Source: an uncultured Eubacteriales bacterium
Lineage (GTDB): Bacteria; Bacillota; Clostridia; Oscillospirales; UBA644
Reading direction: 5' to 3'
Assembly: GCA_934501435.1 (NCBI GenBank)
Contig: CAKSTW010000005.1
Span: 134,011-198,010 of the forward strand
DNA: 64,000 nucleotides
Below the pieces are notes generated by a model, which saw only the letters and a program-made list of their open reading frames with translations, was not told where the DNA came from and searched no databases. Below are positions 45,109-54,295 of this stretch, one piece after another. The stretch's first letter is position 1. Each line of letters begins with the position of its first letter. A program made the translations under genes and the position numbers.

Positions 45109-45702
45109 TCAGTTTTCGATTTTCTCTTCGTCAAGATAGGAGGAAATCAGGTCTGCAGTATAGAAAAGAAGAGACGCGGGATAGCGCGCGTTAACGTCCT
45201 GCAAAAGGTTTCTGTATTCGAAATCATCGCCGCCGAAAGGTCCCATGTGGTAGAAGATTATCAATTCTTCTTCAAATTTCAGATGGATATGCGATCTGAT
45301 TATTCTGATTGAGCGCGACGAATGGGGAAGAGGGCAGGCATGGCTTTTGACCGTTCCCCAGTAATCGTAACTTTCCCATTTTCCGTCGACTTTGCGGTTT
45401 CTCTGTTCTTTGACATAGTTATTTGTTTTGCAAAGATCGTGACAGAGAGCCGTTATTATGATACTGTCTTCGGGAAGTTCGATATTTTTCATTTCAAGGA
45501 GTTTTTTGAAGTTCGAATAAACGTTGAGACAGTGGGAAAGCAGTCCGCCCTCAAAATTATTGTGAAATTTTGAAGAAGCGGGCGCGGTGAAAAAGTCGGT
45601 TTTGGTCTCAAGATATTCTATGAGATTATCAATGCCTTCTCTTTCGGTCGAGCGGAGAAGATTTATAAACGTTTCTTTCTGTTCTTTAATTATTTCGTTC
45701 AT
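45109..45702 (-). CDS. HD-domain metal-dependent phosphohydrolase
   Basis: Start at ATG 45702 (RBS gaggtga inside the end of proA). HD motif ..ALCHDLCK.. and FYTADLIS. Confidence 0.7.
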   Translation of the reverse strand: MNEIIKEQKETFINLLRSTEREGIDNLIEYLETKTDFFTAPASSKFHNNFEGGLLSHCLNVYSNFKKLLEMKNIELPEDSIIITALCHDLCKTNNYVKEQRNRKVDGKWESYDYWGTVKSHACPLPHSSRSIRIIRSHIHLKFEEELIIFYHMGPFGGDDFEYRNLLQDVNARYPASLLFYTADLISSYLDEEKIEN

Positions 45703-45706
45703 TTCG

Positions 45707-46945
45707 TCACCTCGTCTGTCCGTTTCCGCGGACAATATATTTATATGTCGTCAGAGCGTCGAGTCCCATAGGTCCTCTGACATGCAGTTTTTGCGTTGAA
45801 ATTCCTATTTCCGCGCCGAAACCGAACTCGAAACCGTCGGTAAAACGCGTTGAGGCATTATGGTAAAGCGCCGCGCTGTCGACGCCCGCAAAAAATTCCC
45901 CGACGCTGTTTTCGTCTTCGGAAATTATCGCTTCGCTGTGGTGAGTCCCGTATTTATTTATATGGGAAATCGCCTCAAAAGTATCTTTTACGACTTTGAC
46001 CGAAATTTCAAGGGCAAGATACTCTTTATAGAAATCGTCTTCTGTCGCTTTTTTGCAGGGAATAATTTCTCTTGTTCTGTCACAGCCGTAAACGGTTACG
46101 CCGCTTTCGGAAAGAGCCTTAAAAAGTTCGGGCAGGATACGCTCTGCGGCTTTTTCGTGGATAAGTACCGATTCTGCGGCATTGCAGACCGAGGGGCGCG
46201 AGGTCTTCGCGTTTATTACGATATCGACCGCCTTTTTCGCGTCTGCGGTTTCGTCTATATATATGTGGCAGTTTCCCGTTCCCGTTTCGATAATGTCGAC
46301 GGTGGAATTTTCGACGACCGATTTTATAAGTCCCGCTCCGCCTCTCGGAATAAGCACGTCGACATATTCTTTCATGCTCATGAGCGCTTTTGCCGAATCC
46401 CTTGAAGTATCTTCGACCAGTTGGACCGCATATTTGTCAATGCCCGATTTTTCAAGGGCTTTCTGCATTATTTCGGTGAGAGCGGCGTTTGTTCCGTGCG
46501 CTTCTTTTCCTCCGCGGAGGATTATTGCGTTTCTCGTTTTAAGAGCAAGCGTTGCGGCATCGACCGTAACGTTCGGGCGGGATTCGAAAATCATCGCAAT
46601 AACGCCGAGAGGAACGATTCTCTTAAAAACTTTAAGTCCGTTCGGACGGACCGTAACTTCCGTTTCTTCTCCCACTTTCGAGTGAAGAGCGGCAACCTGA
46701 CGGACGCCTGCCGCAATCCCGCTTATTCTTTCAGGCGAGAGAGAAAGCCGGTCGAGCATTATTTCATTCATGCCGTTCTCTGCGGCATTTTTTACGTCTG
46801 CGGCATTTTTTTCGAGAATCATATCGGTATTTTTGACGATATCGTCTGCGATAAGAAACAGGGCGGCGTTTATTTTATCTTCCGAAAGCGACGCCGTTTT
46901 ATATGACGCTTCTTTTGCGCGGATACCGTTTTCCGTTACTGTCAT
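45707..46945 (-). CDS. proA: Glutamate-5-semialdehyde dehydrogenase (gamma-glutamyl phosphate reductase)
   Basis: 412 aa with ProA signatures (VPLGVIAMIFESRPNVTVDAATLALKTRNAIILRGGKEA, TGNCHIYID, TSRPSVCNAAES). Confidence 0.9.
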   Translation of the reverse strand: MTVTENGIRAKEASYKTASLSEDKINAALFLIADDIVKNTDMILEKNAADVKNAAENGMNEIMLDRLSLSPERISGIAAGVRQVAALHSKVGEETEVTVRPNGLKVFKRIVPLGVIAMIFESRPNVTVDAATLALKTRNAIILRGGKEAHGTNAALTEIMQKALEKSGIDKYAVQLVEDTSRDSAKALMSMKEYVDVLIPRGGAGLIKSVVENSTVDIIETGTGNCHIYIDETADAKKAVDIVINAKTSRPSVCNAAESVLIHEKAAERILPELFKALSESGVTVYGCDRTREIIPCKKATEDDFYKEYLALEISVKVVKDTFEAISHINKYGTHHSEAIISEDENSVGEFFAGVDSAALYHNASTRFTDGFEFGFGAEIGISTQKLHVRGPMGLDALTTYKYIVRGNGQTR

Positions 46946-47718
46946 AATGCGACTCCTTTCGCTTTGAACACCGTTCCGGGATTTTTTCCGTCTATAAAAT
47001 CATAGATGATATCGGGATCTTTGCCGCTTCCGATAGCGACGGTTATACCCTTTTCGGTCGCTATTTTGGCTGCCGCGATTTTTGTCGCCATACCGCCCGT
47101 ACCGCGGTCACTGCCTGCGGCACCCGCAAGGCTTTCTATCTCCGCCGAAATAGTTTCAACAACCTCTATTTTCTTTGCGTTCGGGTTCTTTCTCGGATCG
47201 CCGTCGTAAAGCGCGTCGATGTCAGTTAAAAGTATCAGCATATCCGCCCTGATACAGTCTGCGACGATCGCCGAAAGGGTGTCGTTATCGCCGAATTTGA
47301 TTTCGACTACTTCGACCGAGTCGTTTTCGTTTACGACGGGGATACACCCCATTTTCAGCAGAGTGTTGAAAGTATTCGTCACGTTCTGGCGCCTTGCGTC
47401 GTTTGTCATAACGTCTTTGGTTAAGAGTATCTGACCTATCTGACAGCCGTAATCGTTAAAGAAACTGTCGTAAATACTCATGAGTTCGCTTTGTCCGACA
47501 GCCGCGACGGCCTGTTTCCCTGCAGTATCGGCAGGGCGTTCAATGCGGAGTTTCGAAACTCCGACGGCGATAGCGCCCGAAGTGACAAAGACTATTTCGT
47601 ATCCGCTGTTATGCAGATCCGCCATTACCCTCGCGTATTTTTCTATAAGTTTCAGATTGAGTTTCCCCGTGTCGTGGGTGAGGGTCGAAGTTCCTATTTT
47701 GATGACTATTCTTTTCAT
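46942..47718 (-). CDS. proB: Glutamate 5-kinase (short form, no PUA domain)
   Basis: MKRIVIKIGTSTLTHDTGKLNLKLI...IVFVTSGAIAVG. 4-nt overlap with proA. Confidence 0.9.
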   Translation of the reverse strand: MKRIVIKIGTSTLTHDTGKLNLKLIEKYARVMADLHNSGYEIVFVTSGAIAVGVSKLRIERPADTAGKQAVAAVGQSELMSIYDSFFNDYGCQIGQILLTKDVMTNDARRQNVTNTFNTLLKMGCIPVVNENDSVEVVEIKFGDNDTLSAIVADCIRADMLILLTDIDALYDGDPRKNPNAKKIEVVETISAEIESLAGAAGSDRGTGGMATKIAAAKIATEKGITVAIGSGKDPDIIYDFIDGKNPGTVFKAKGVAL

Positions 47719-47727
47719 GTTATGTCC

Positions 47728-48660
47728 CTAAGACGCCGCTTGAATGACGGTGTAGCCTCCGTTCTGCATAGGCATAAAAGTATAATTGTATTTTTTGAAA
47801 ATTTTGATAACGTCCGGAAGAACGCTTACCGAAAGATTTTTCTCATGCATGAGCGAAAGAACTGCGGCTTTCGGGTGATTTTGCTGAATGTCGATCGCGA
47901 ATTTCGTCGCTACGGACTTTATCCCGTCGGCTGTCTGTCCGTGTCTCCAGTCGTTGGAGTCCATATTCCAGTCGGCTATCATATAGCCTCTTTCCTTGAG
48001 TTTTGCCGTGATCGTCGGGAAAGTGTCTGCGCTTCCGCTGTATTTTTTGCAAAAGCCCTTTGCCGTAATCGAACCGGACGGGAACCGCATGATCGACGGT
48101 TTTTTACCCGTTATGTCGATTATGAGTTTTTCGATTTTGTCGAAATCGTTAAAAAACGCGTCAACGCTCTTATAAATTACGGAATAATCGTGGTTGTAGG
48201 CGTGAATACCGATCGTATGTCCCTCATTCGCCATTCTCTTCAACATTCTGACCGATTTTTCGCTGTAATTTCTATTTTCCGGGTCAAGCCATGTCCCGAC
48301 TACAAAAAAGGTCGCTTTTATGTCGTTTTCCTTTAATATGTCGAGAATTTTTTCGCAGTTATTGGGCGACGGTCCGTCGTCAAAGGTCAGATAAACGACG
48401 TCGGTCGTCAAATATGCCTTCAACACTTTCGCTTCTTCAATTTTCTTTGCGATATCGGTTTTCTTCTGTTGAAGCGCCGATATCTCGGAAACGACCGCTT
48501 CCGCTTCCGAAGTCTTTTCTTCGGCTTCTTTCTTTGCCGCCGCAACTTCGGCGTTTTTAATTTCGGCGGAGGCTTTGAGTGCCTTTGCCTGAGAAGAAAT
48601 AAAGAATGCTCCGACGAGAAAAACGGCGGAAAAAATTACGCATAAAATTCTGAATTTCAT
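47728..48660 (-). CDS. Polysaccharide deacetylase (NodB homology) with an N-terminal membrane anchor and coiled coil
   Basis: YLTFDDGPSPNNCEKILDILKENDIKATFFVVGTW and HTIGIHAYNHD motifs. Confidence 0.8.
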   Translation of the reverse strand: MKFRILCVIFSAVFLVGAFFISSQAKALKASAEIKNAEVAAAKKEAEEKTSEAEAVVSEISALQQKKTDIAKKIEEAKVLKAYLTTDVVYLTFDDGPSPNNCEKILDILKENDIKATFFVVGTWLDPENRNYSEKSVRMLKRMANEGHTIGIHAYNHDYSVIYKSVDAFFNDFDKIEKLIIDITGKKPSIMRFPSGSITAKGFCKKYSGSADTFPTITAKLKERGYMIADWNMDSNDWRHGQTADGIKSVATKFAIDIQQNHPKAAVLSLMHEKNLSVSVLPDVIKIFKKYNYTFMPMQNGGYTVIQAAS

Positions 48661-48671
48661 TTTCTGTCTCC

Positions 48672-48995
48672 TTAATCGTCGTTATATTTGTCAAGTTCCG
48701 CCTGAAGAGCATCGACTTCTTTCTGCAGGGCGTCTTTTTCAGCCGAGACGGAAGCTATCTGTTCTTCTGCTTTTGCGTACGTCTCTTTTGCCTGTTTTAT
48801 CTGACTGTCGGCGTTTCCGTTCGGGATAGAATATATGAGCCAGTTTACAACAGCGAAAACAAATACCGCCGCGCAGATGACGGTCGCCGTGAAAAACATT
48901 ATATTAGCAATTTTTCTTATTTTTTTCTTTTTTCTTCTTATCTGAAGTCTCCGCTGTTTTTCTTCGGGAGACAATACTCTTACTCTTTCGTCCAT
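48672..48995 (-). CDS. Septum-formation-initiator-like (FtsB/DivIC-type: one TM helix plus coiled coil)
   Basis: Start at ATG 48995 (RBS aaaggaa). Basic N-terminus, one TM helix, then KQAKETYAKAEEQIASVSAEKDALQKEVDALQAELDKY coiled coil. Confidence 0.5.
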   Translation of the reverse strand: MDERVRVLSPEEKQRRLQIRRKKKKIRKIANIMFFTATVICAAVFVFAVVNWLIYSIPNGNADSQIKQAKETYAKAEEQIASVSAEKDALQKEVDALQAELDKYNDD

Positions 48996-49059
48996 TTTAT
49001 ATTCCTTTCTCTTTTGGTCTGTGTAAAACAGTATAACACAAAAATCACCGTTTTTCAAG

Positions 49060-49515
49060 TTAAAACAACAAATATTCGGGTTTTTTGTTTTTTTCGAGCG
49101 TAATGACAGCATAATTGCCCTTAAATCCGACAGAACCGGGGTTCAGAAACAATATCCCGTCGTGTTCTTCGGCAAACTGAAGATGAGTGTGCCCGAAAAG
49201 CGCCACGTCGCAGTTTTCGCTTTTTGCGGCATAATAAAGGGAAGTAAGTCCGCTTTTTACCCTGTGGGTATGCCCGTGGCAGCAATAGACTTTGTGCCCT
49301 TCGTATACGGGAGTTATTTTTTCCGGAAAGTCGGAAAAATAATCGTTGTTTCCCTTTACCGCGGCTATTGCTTTACGCGGATAAAACCTCCGCAGCATTT
49401 CGGCGTCTTCCGCAACGTCTCCGAGAAAAATAATATATTCGCAGCCGTGCTTTTCAATCGCTTTTTCCGCGTCTGCAAGCATATTGTGCGAATCGGACAA
49501 AACAAGAATTTTCAT
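49060..49515 (-). CDS. YfcE/MJ0936-type metallophosphoesterase
   Basis: Start at ATG 49515 (RBS agaggta). MKILVLSDSHN...IIFLGDV...GNNDY...CHGHTH...LFGHTH motifs. Confidence 0.8.
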   Translation of the reverse strand: MKILVLSDSHNMLADAEKAIEKHGCEYIIFLGDVAEDAEMLRRFYPRKAIAAVKGNNDYFSDFPEKITPVYEGHKVYCCHGHTHRVKSGLTSLYYAAKSENCDVALFGHTHLQFAEEHDGILFLNPGSVGFKGNYAVITLEKNKKPEYLLF

Positions 49516-49620
49516 ATACCGTACCTCTGTAAAAATATAACAAAAATAAACGTTAAAGTCAATAAAAATCACAGTTTTTTGCGTATTCGCATAACTTATT
49601 ACTGTAATGGAGGCGATTGA

Positions 49621-49884
49621 ATGAATAATTTTCTTGACGGCGTGGATAAGGCAAAACTCGCAGGCGCCGTGGAACTCATTAAACGCACGATAGGCCCTGC
49701 GGAAAGTATGAAGATAGAAAATGCCGCGAAAAGCGAAGCGGACGCCGAAAAACTGCTTTCGGGGCTCGGCGACAGAGAAAAGGCGGCGATCCTTAAAATA
49801 ATGAACGACCCGCAGATGCTGTCGCTCGTACTTACTTCTCCGAAAGCAAGAGACGGCATTAAAAAATTTCTGAACGAAAGATAG
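49621..49884 (+). CDS. Hypothetical small protein
   Basis: 87 aa. RBS taatggaggcgattgaATG. Confidence 0.45.
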   Translation: MNNFLDGVDKAKLAGAVELIKRTIGPAESMKIENAAKSEADAEKLLSGLGDREKAAILKIMNDPQMLSLVLTSPKARDGIKKFLNER

Positions 49885-49892
49885 GTGAGCAA

Positions 49893-50198
49893 ATGAACGA
49901 TATTCTTTCGGGTATTACCGAAATTTTAGACGATCCCGCCGCGGCGGCGAAAATAGGGGAGATCGCAAAATCCATTTCGGGCGGCGGCGATAAAACGTCC
50001 GAACCGGTTTTGCCGACCGCAGACTCGGCCCCTGTTCTCTCTTCCGGTATTCCCGGTCTTGGCAGTTTTGCTGCGGCAGACAGGCATATAACCCTTCTTC
50101 GGGCAATTCAGCCGTATCTGAGAAACGAAAGAGCCGAAAAAGTGAGTACGGCGATAAAAGCCATAAGCGTGCTCAAAGCCTTATCCGGGCTTAAATAG
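49893..50198 (+). CDS. Hypothetical small protein
   Basis: 101 aa. RBS aggtgagcaaATG. 8 nt after the upstream stop. Confidence 0.45.
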   Translation: MNDILSGITEILDDPAAAAKIGEIAKSISGGGDKTSEPVLPTADSAPVLSSGIPGLGSFAAADRHITLLRAIQPYLRNERAEKVSTAIKAISVLKALSGLK

Positions 50199-50206
50199 GA
50201 GGAGTT

Positions 50207-50488
50207 ATGTATACGCCGTATTATAATTATGTCCCTCAGAAAAAAAGGGGAATAGAAGAATTATATAAAACCGAAGAAAAACCGGAGACAAAAGCCGAAC
50301 CCGTGATCAAAAAGACGGCGCCTCCGCCTAAAAAGCAGAGCGGACTTCTCGGAGGATTTTCTTCTTTTTTCAATAATTTCAAAGAAGACGACATCGTTCT
50401 TGCGCTTGTGTTTTTAACGGTTTTTAACGAGCATAACGAAGAGGATACCGTGTTGCTCGTTATCCTTGCTCTGCTGTTTTTTACATAA
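50207..50488 (+). CDS. Hypothetical small protein with a hydrophobic C-terminus
   Basis: 93 aa. RBS aggaggagttATG. Confidence 0.45.
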   Translation: MYTPYYNYVPQKKRGIEELYKTEEKPETKAEPVIKKTAPPPKKQSGLLGGFSSFFNNFKEDDIVLALVFLTVFNEHNEEDTVLLVILALLFFT

Positions 50489-50563
50489 AAAAGCCCCCGC
50501 CGCCGAAGTAAAGTGCCCCATACTTTTTGACAGGGGCACTTTAGAGGCTTTGGAGGTCAAAAT

Positions 50564-51823
50564 TTATATTTTAAGGTCGGTTTTCTTCTTGAAACGGCAG
50601 TCGGCAGCGACAAGAACGAGGGATACTGCCGCGGTTATCGTCCAATAGATACACACAGCCGACCAGCCGCTTTTTTCGATAAGGCTTCCCGTCAGCATGC
50701 TTGATGCCGCCGCTCCGAAATAGATGAACGCGTCCATCATTCCCGCTATCGTTCCGACAATGTTGTATTTTGTAAAATGCAGCGGCAGAAACGATGTGAA
50801 AAGGGGAGTGATGCCGAACATCGTTCCGAGGAGGATAACGGTAAAGATTATAAGCAAAACGTCGCCCAGAGGCTGGGTGATGGTCGCAATTACCGAAAAG
50901 ACGAGCGCCGCGCAGGAAAGGATAAGAATATCCCTGAAAATATTGTTTTTCGTTTTCTTTATCAATGTTCTTGAAACGAGCGTTCCGAAGAAGTTTATGA
51001 CGGGGACGATAAGAAGTATCCCGATAGAGACCCAGGGCGATATCTTTTTGAGAGACGAAAGCAGGGTCGGGAACCAGTAATTTATGCTTTCTCTTATCAT
51101 TCCGTGAGTTACCGCGCATGCAAGGGACAGTATTATTACAAGAACTACGGTCCTGTCCGACATGACTCTCGGGTGTTCGTCGGTTATTTCGGCGTGCTTT
51201 TTAAGCATTTCCTTTTCTTCGGGAGTTCTCTTGATTTCCTTGAAGAAGACGAGGAAAAATCCGCAGAAAATAAAACATATAACCGCGGGAACTATAAATA
51301 TCGTTCTCCAACTGAAATACATCGAATATATCGAAGAAAGACCCCATGCGAGCATATAGCCTATGACTATCGCGAACGGCAGATAGGCGGTCGCACGGAC
51401 AAGTTTCTTGCCTCTGAAATTTATCGAGAGGGTATGTACGAGCGGAGACCATATCATCGACTGAAAAATACCGTTTATTGCCCATGTTACTATAAGCGCG
51501 GTATGATTTGACAGCAGTCCGAACGTAAGATTGCAGACCGCCGAGCCGCAAAGCCCGGTAAACATTAAACGTTTTCCCGAAAGTCTGTCCCCGAGTCTCC
51601 CGAAAGCAAGTTGTCCGAGCGCGTAGCACCATAAAAACGAGCCCGAAAGAATTCCCTGTGTGCTTGTCGGCATATTTATCTCTTCGGCAAGCAGAGGAAG
51701 CGCCACTGAAACGTTTACCCTTATGAGATATGTGCAGACGTACGCAAAAAAACAGAATATGACAGTTACCCTTTGATGTGCCGAAAATTTTGAATCGGCG
51801 GCTATCGTACTGTGTGTTGCCAT
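50564..51823 (-). CDS. MFS transporter
   Basis: 419 aa with 12 predicted TM helices and the MFS signature region (GRLGDRLSGKRLMFTGL). Confidence 0.85.
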   Translation of the reverse strand: MATHSTIAADSKFSAHQRVTVIFCFFAYVCTYLIRVNVSVALPLLAEEINMPTSTQGILSGSFLWCYALGQLAFGRLGDRLSGKRLMFTGLCGSAVCNLTFGLLSNHTALIVTWAINGIFQSMIWSPLVHTLSINFRGKKLVRATAYLPFAIVIGYMLAWGLSSIYSMYFSWRTIFIVPAVICFIFCGFFLVFFKEIKRTPEEKEMLKKHAEITDEHPRVMSDRTVVLVIILSLACAVTHGMIRESINYWFPTLLSSLKKISPWVSIGILLIVPVINFFGTLVSRTLIKKTKNNIFRDILILSCAALVFSVIATITQPLGDVLLIIFTVILLGTMFGITPLFTSFLPLHFTKYNIVGTIAGMMDAFIYFGAAASSMLTGSLIEKSGWSAVCIYWTITAAVSLVLVAADCRFKKKTDLKI

Positions 51824-52062
51824 TTTAATTTATATCCCCGTTTTCCGAAAAAAAAGAATGACCCGCCGGACCGTGATTAACATCGCAATAAATTTCAAAA
51901 CCGGGTTAAACCAGGTTGGGTAAGATCTCTCGGTTATTTTGTGCTTCCAACGTCCTCTTGCGAGGGAGGCCTGCATGCCCGTAACCGAAGCAGAAATCCC
52001 ATTTGTGAAAGTGTAGGTTTTTTATATTGCGAACACACGGATCCCGCAGGTTCTTTTTTTAA
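51824..52062 (-). promoter_or_regulatory. About 240-nt 5' leader of the MFS gene with nested stem-loops (candidate cis-regulatory RNA, class unassigned)
   Basis: Minus-sense ...ugcuucgguuacgggcaugcaggccucccucgcaagaggacguuggaagca...accgagagaucuuacccaaccugguuuaacccgguuuugaa... No ORF. Confidence 0.3.
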
Positions 52063-52449
52063 TTATTCTTCGTCTTCCGCCTCAAGTTCGAAAGCCCCGA
52101 GTCCGTCTTCTTCCATTTTCTGTTGGAGAAGTTCTACGACGGTGTTGAATTCTTCTTCGTCTTCTATGGTGTTGAAGAAATCTTCGCCGTTTTCGTCGGT
52201 ATCGGCTCTCAGAAGAATGAATTCTTCGCTTGCGTCCGGATCTTCGACAAGCGCAATATACATTTTGCCGTTATGTTCGACGCCGTCGATAATGAAGAAA
52301 TCGGTTTCTTTGCCGTCTTCGTCATAAAGAGTTATCCAACCGTCGTCTTCGCCCTCGCAGCCGCAGCCGCAGCCGCATTCATGCTCGTGACAGTCGTGCT
52401 CGGAGCAGTCATGCTCTCCGCAACAGCAGTTTTTATTTGTATCTTCCAT
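52063..52449 (-). CDS. DUF1292-family acidic protein with a Cys/His-rich N-terminus
   Basis: MEDTNKNCCCGEHDCSEHDCHEHECGCGCGCEGEDDGWITLYDEDGKETDFFIIDGVEHNGKMYIALVEDPDASEEFILLRA. Confidence 0.7.
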   Translation of the reverse strand: MEDTNKNCCCGEHDCSEHDCHEHECGCGCGCEGEDDGWITLYDEDGKETDFFIIDGVEHNGKMYIALVEDPDASEEFILLRADTDENGEDFFNTIEDEEEFNTVVELLQQKMEEDGLGAFELEAEDEE

Positions 52450-52480
52450 GGCTTTTACCTTCTTTCATTGTTATAGAAAC

Positions 52481-52527
52481 AGTATACTCTATTCGCATTG
52501 CCGTGTCAAGGACGGAATATGCGAATT
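52481..52527 (-). promoter_or_regulatory. Promoter of the DUF1292 gene (-35 TTGACA, 17-nt spacer, -10 TATACT, minus strand) bracketed by the inverted repeat ATTCGCAT..ATGCGAAT
   Basis: + strand agtata at 52481-52486 and tgtcaa at 52504-52509. Inverted repeat attcgcat (52491-52498) and atgcgaat (52519-52526) flanks the -35 element. Confidence 0.45.
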
Positions 52528-52532
52528 TTTTG

Positions 52533-53564
52533 TTATTTTTCCTCGGTTTTGTTAAGTTTTTCTTCCGCGAGCCTTTTCGCGTCTTCAAGAGTTCCTCTTT
52601 TCGGATTTCTCTTCATAATAAATATCCAGACGCCTATCGAGCAGACGACAAGCACCGCGTAAAGAATTATCATGGGCTTGAGAGCGGAAAAGTCGATTCC
52701 GGTATTTGCAAATTTTACTCCGTTCATTACCGCGTTGAAAGGGGTGACCGTATATCTTACCGATTCGAGCGCTTCGAATATCTTTTCGGTAAGTTTCAAG
52801 TCGGATTTTTCGCCTTTTACCGCTGAAAAGCCTCCGTCTTCGTTCTGGAGAGCGATGAGTTTGTTTATTGCCGCGGTCATTTCGGCGGTCGTTTTTCCGT
52901 AGTTTTTGTCGGTAAGCCCGCAAAGGCCCGCCGCGACGTCTTCTGGGGCTTCGCTTTCGGTAAGCGCGATAAAGTATTTTTCGAGTTTGTCAAGCGCCTG
53001 AGCCGCGTTTTCGGAGGAGCTGTACTGCCGCAAAACCGCCGCCGCTTTTACCGAAACATCCCTGTCGCCGATGCTGCCGTCCTCGTTCTGCGAAGAGATT
53101 ATAAAGTTTACCGCGTCGGCTTCTTTATACGGCTTTTTCGCGTTCTTTATTGTTTTTTTGCCTGTTGAAAAGAGCGCTGCGACGGAATAGACGCTTGCCT
53201 TTATGTCCCCGAATGAGCCGTCGTCTTTTTGCAGCAGTATAAGCCTGTCGCCGTAGTCTTCCTTTGAATTTTCGGAAAGCAGAACGCTTTCGCCGAACGC
53301 TTTTTTCAAAAGAATGTATTCCGCAAGTTTCTGCGCGTCGCTTTCGTCGGCTTTCACTATGTATATCTTTGTTTTTTCGCCTATAAGACCCGCTTCCGCA
53401 AAGGAAAGCGTTTCGTCGAAAGTTTCGGCGTCGGGAGCGGCATCCGTCAGGAATTTATTTGCCGACGAAATGCTCTTTTTTAATTCCGTTTCTTCTGCAA
53501 AAGTCGGAACGGACAAGGCAAAAAGCATTATTGCCGCAAGAAAAAATGTCGTTATCTTCTTCAT
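52533..53564 (-). CDS. Secreted protein with prenyltransferase/terpene-cyclase-like (QxxDGSF/G) repeats and a C-terminal TM anchor
   Basis: Start at ATG 53564 (RBS gaggagacag). Signal peptide. Repeats QKDDGSFGD, QNEDGSIGD, QNEDGGFSA. C-terminal TM MIILYAVLVVCSIGVWIFIM. Confidence 0.55.
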   Translation of the reverse strand: MKKITTFFLAAIMLFALSVPTFAEETELKKSISSANKFLTDAAPDAETFDETLSFAEAGLIGEKTKIYIVKADESDAQKLAEYILLKKAFGESVLLSENSKEDYGDRLILLQKDDGSFGDIKASVYSVAALFSTGKKTIKNAKKPYKEADAVNFIISSQNEDGSIGDRDVSVKAAAVLRQYSSSENAAQALDKLEKYFIALTESEAPEDVAAGLCGLTDKNYGKTTAEMTAAINKLIALQNEDGGFSAVKGEKSDLKLTEKIFEALESVRYTVTPFNAVMNGVKFANTGIDFSALKPMIILYAVLVVCSIGVWIFIMKRNPKRGTLEDAKRLAEEKLNKTEEK

Positions 53565-53574
53565 TTCTGTCTCC

Positions 53575-54294
53575 TCACATTTCGCCGACAGCCGCCGCAA
53601 TAACGGAAAGGACAGCTATCGGGACGGTCTCCGCACGCAATATTCTTTCTCCGAGAGATACCGTGTCGGCTTTTTCGAGAGCCTTTTTGACCTCTTTTTC
53701 GGAAAAGCCGCCCTCGGGACCTACGATAAACGAAAATCTGTCTTTTATTGCGTTATTTTTCAGGTATTCCGAAAAAAGCGGTTTGCCGAGCGCTTTTGCG
53801 TTTTCATAGAAGAAAACGGGGCGGTTTCGGTCGAAAATCCCGTCAAAATCGGTAAAATCGCCGATTTCGGGGAGAGTATCTCTGCCGCATTGCATTGCCG
53901 CCTGCCTTGCAATTTTTTCGAAACGCTCTTTTTTGCCGTCTTTTTTCTTTTCGTCAAGCCGCATTACGCAGTTGTCCGATTCGAAAAATACGATTTTCGA
54001 AACGCCGAGTTCGGTCGATTTCTGAATGACAAATTCGTTCTTATCGCTCTTTAAGAGCGCGGCAAAAAGCGTGATTTCGGCTTTCGGACGCGAAAACGGT
54101 TTTTTTTCTTCCATTAAGATATAAACGCCGTCTTTCGTTATTTTTTCTATCCTGCCGTTATAGTTGTTTTTCTGTCCGTCTCCGCAGAAAACCGGGTCTC
54201 CGGGCTGAGGACGGTGGGCAAACAGATGTCTTGCGTCCTCTCCCGAAAGGAAAACGGAGGTATTTTCCTCGGTTTCGGGTATGAATATCTTCAT
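53575..54294 (-). CDS. rsmE: 16S rRNA (uracil1498-N3)-methyltransferase
   Basis: 239 aa with RsmE motifs (IVGPEGGFSEKEV, RILRAETVPIAVLSVI). Confidence 0.8.
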   Translation of the reverse strand: MKIFIPETEENTSVFLSGEDARHLFAHRPQPGDPVFCGDGQKNNYNGRIEKITKDGVYILMEEKKPFSRPKAEITLFAALLKSDKNEFVIQKSTELGVSKIVFFESDNCVMRLDEKKKDGKKERFEKIARQAAMQCGRDTLPEIGDFTDFDGIFDRNRPVFFYENAKALGKPLFSEYLKNNAIKDRFSFIVGPEGGFSEKEVKKALEKADTVSLGERILRAETVPIAVLSVIAAAVGEM

Positions 54295-54295
54295 G

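Noticed and set aside
45020-45110. Inverted repeat gttacaaaa..ttttgtaac upstream of the tRNA promoter
   Set aside because: AT-only 9-bp stem without a following T-run in either orientation. A weak structure, so not called a terminator.
51824-52062. TPP riboswitch upstream of the MFS transporter
   Set aside because: Only partial resemblance (CCGAGAGA / ACCC / AACCUG). The conserved CUGAGA uridine and the pyrophosphate-binding GCGNAGGGA helix are absent.
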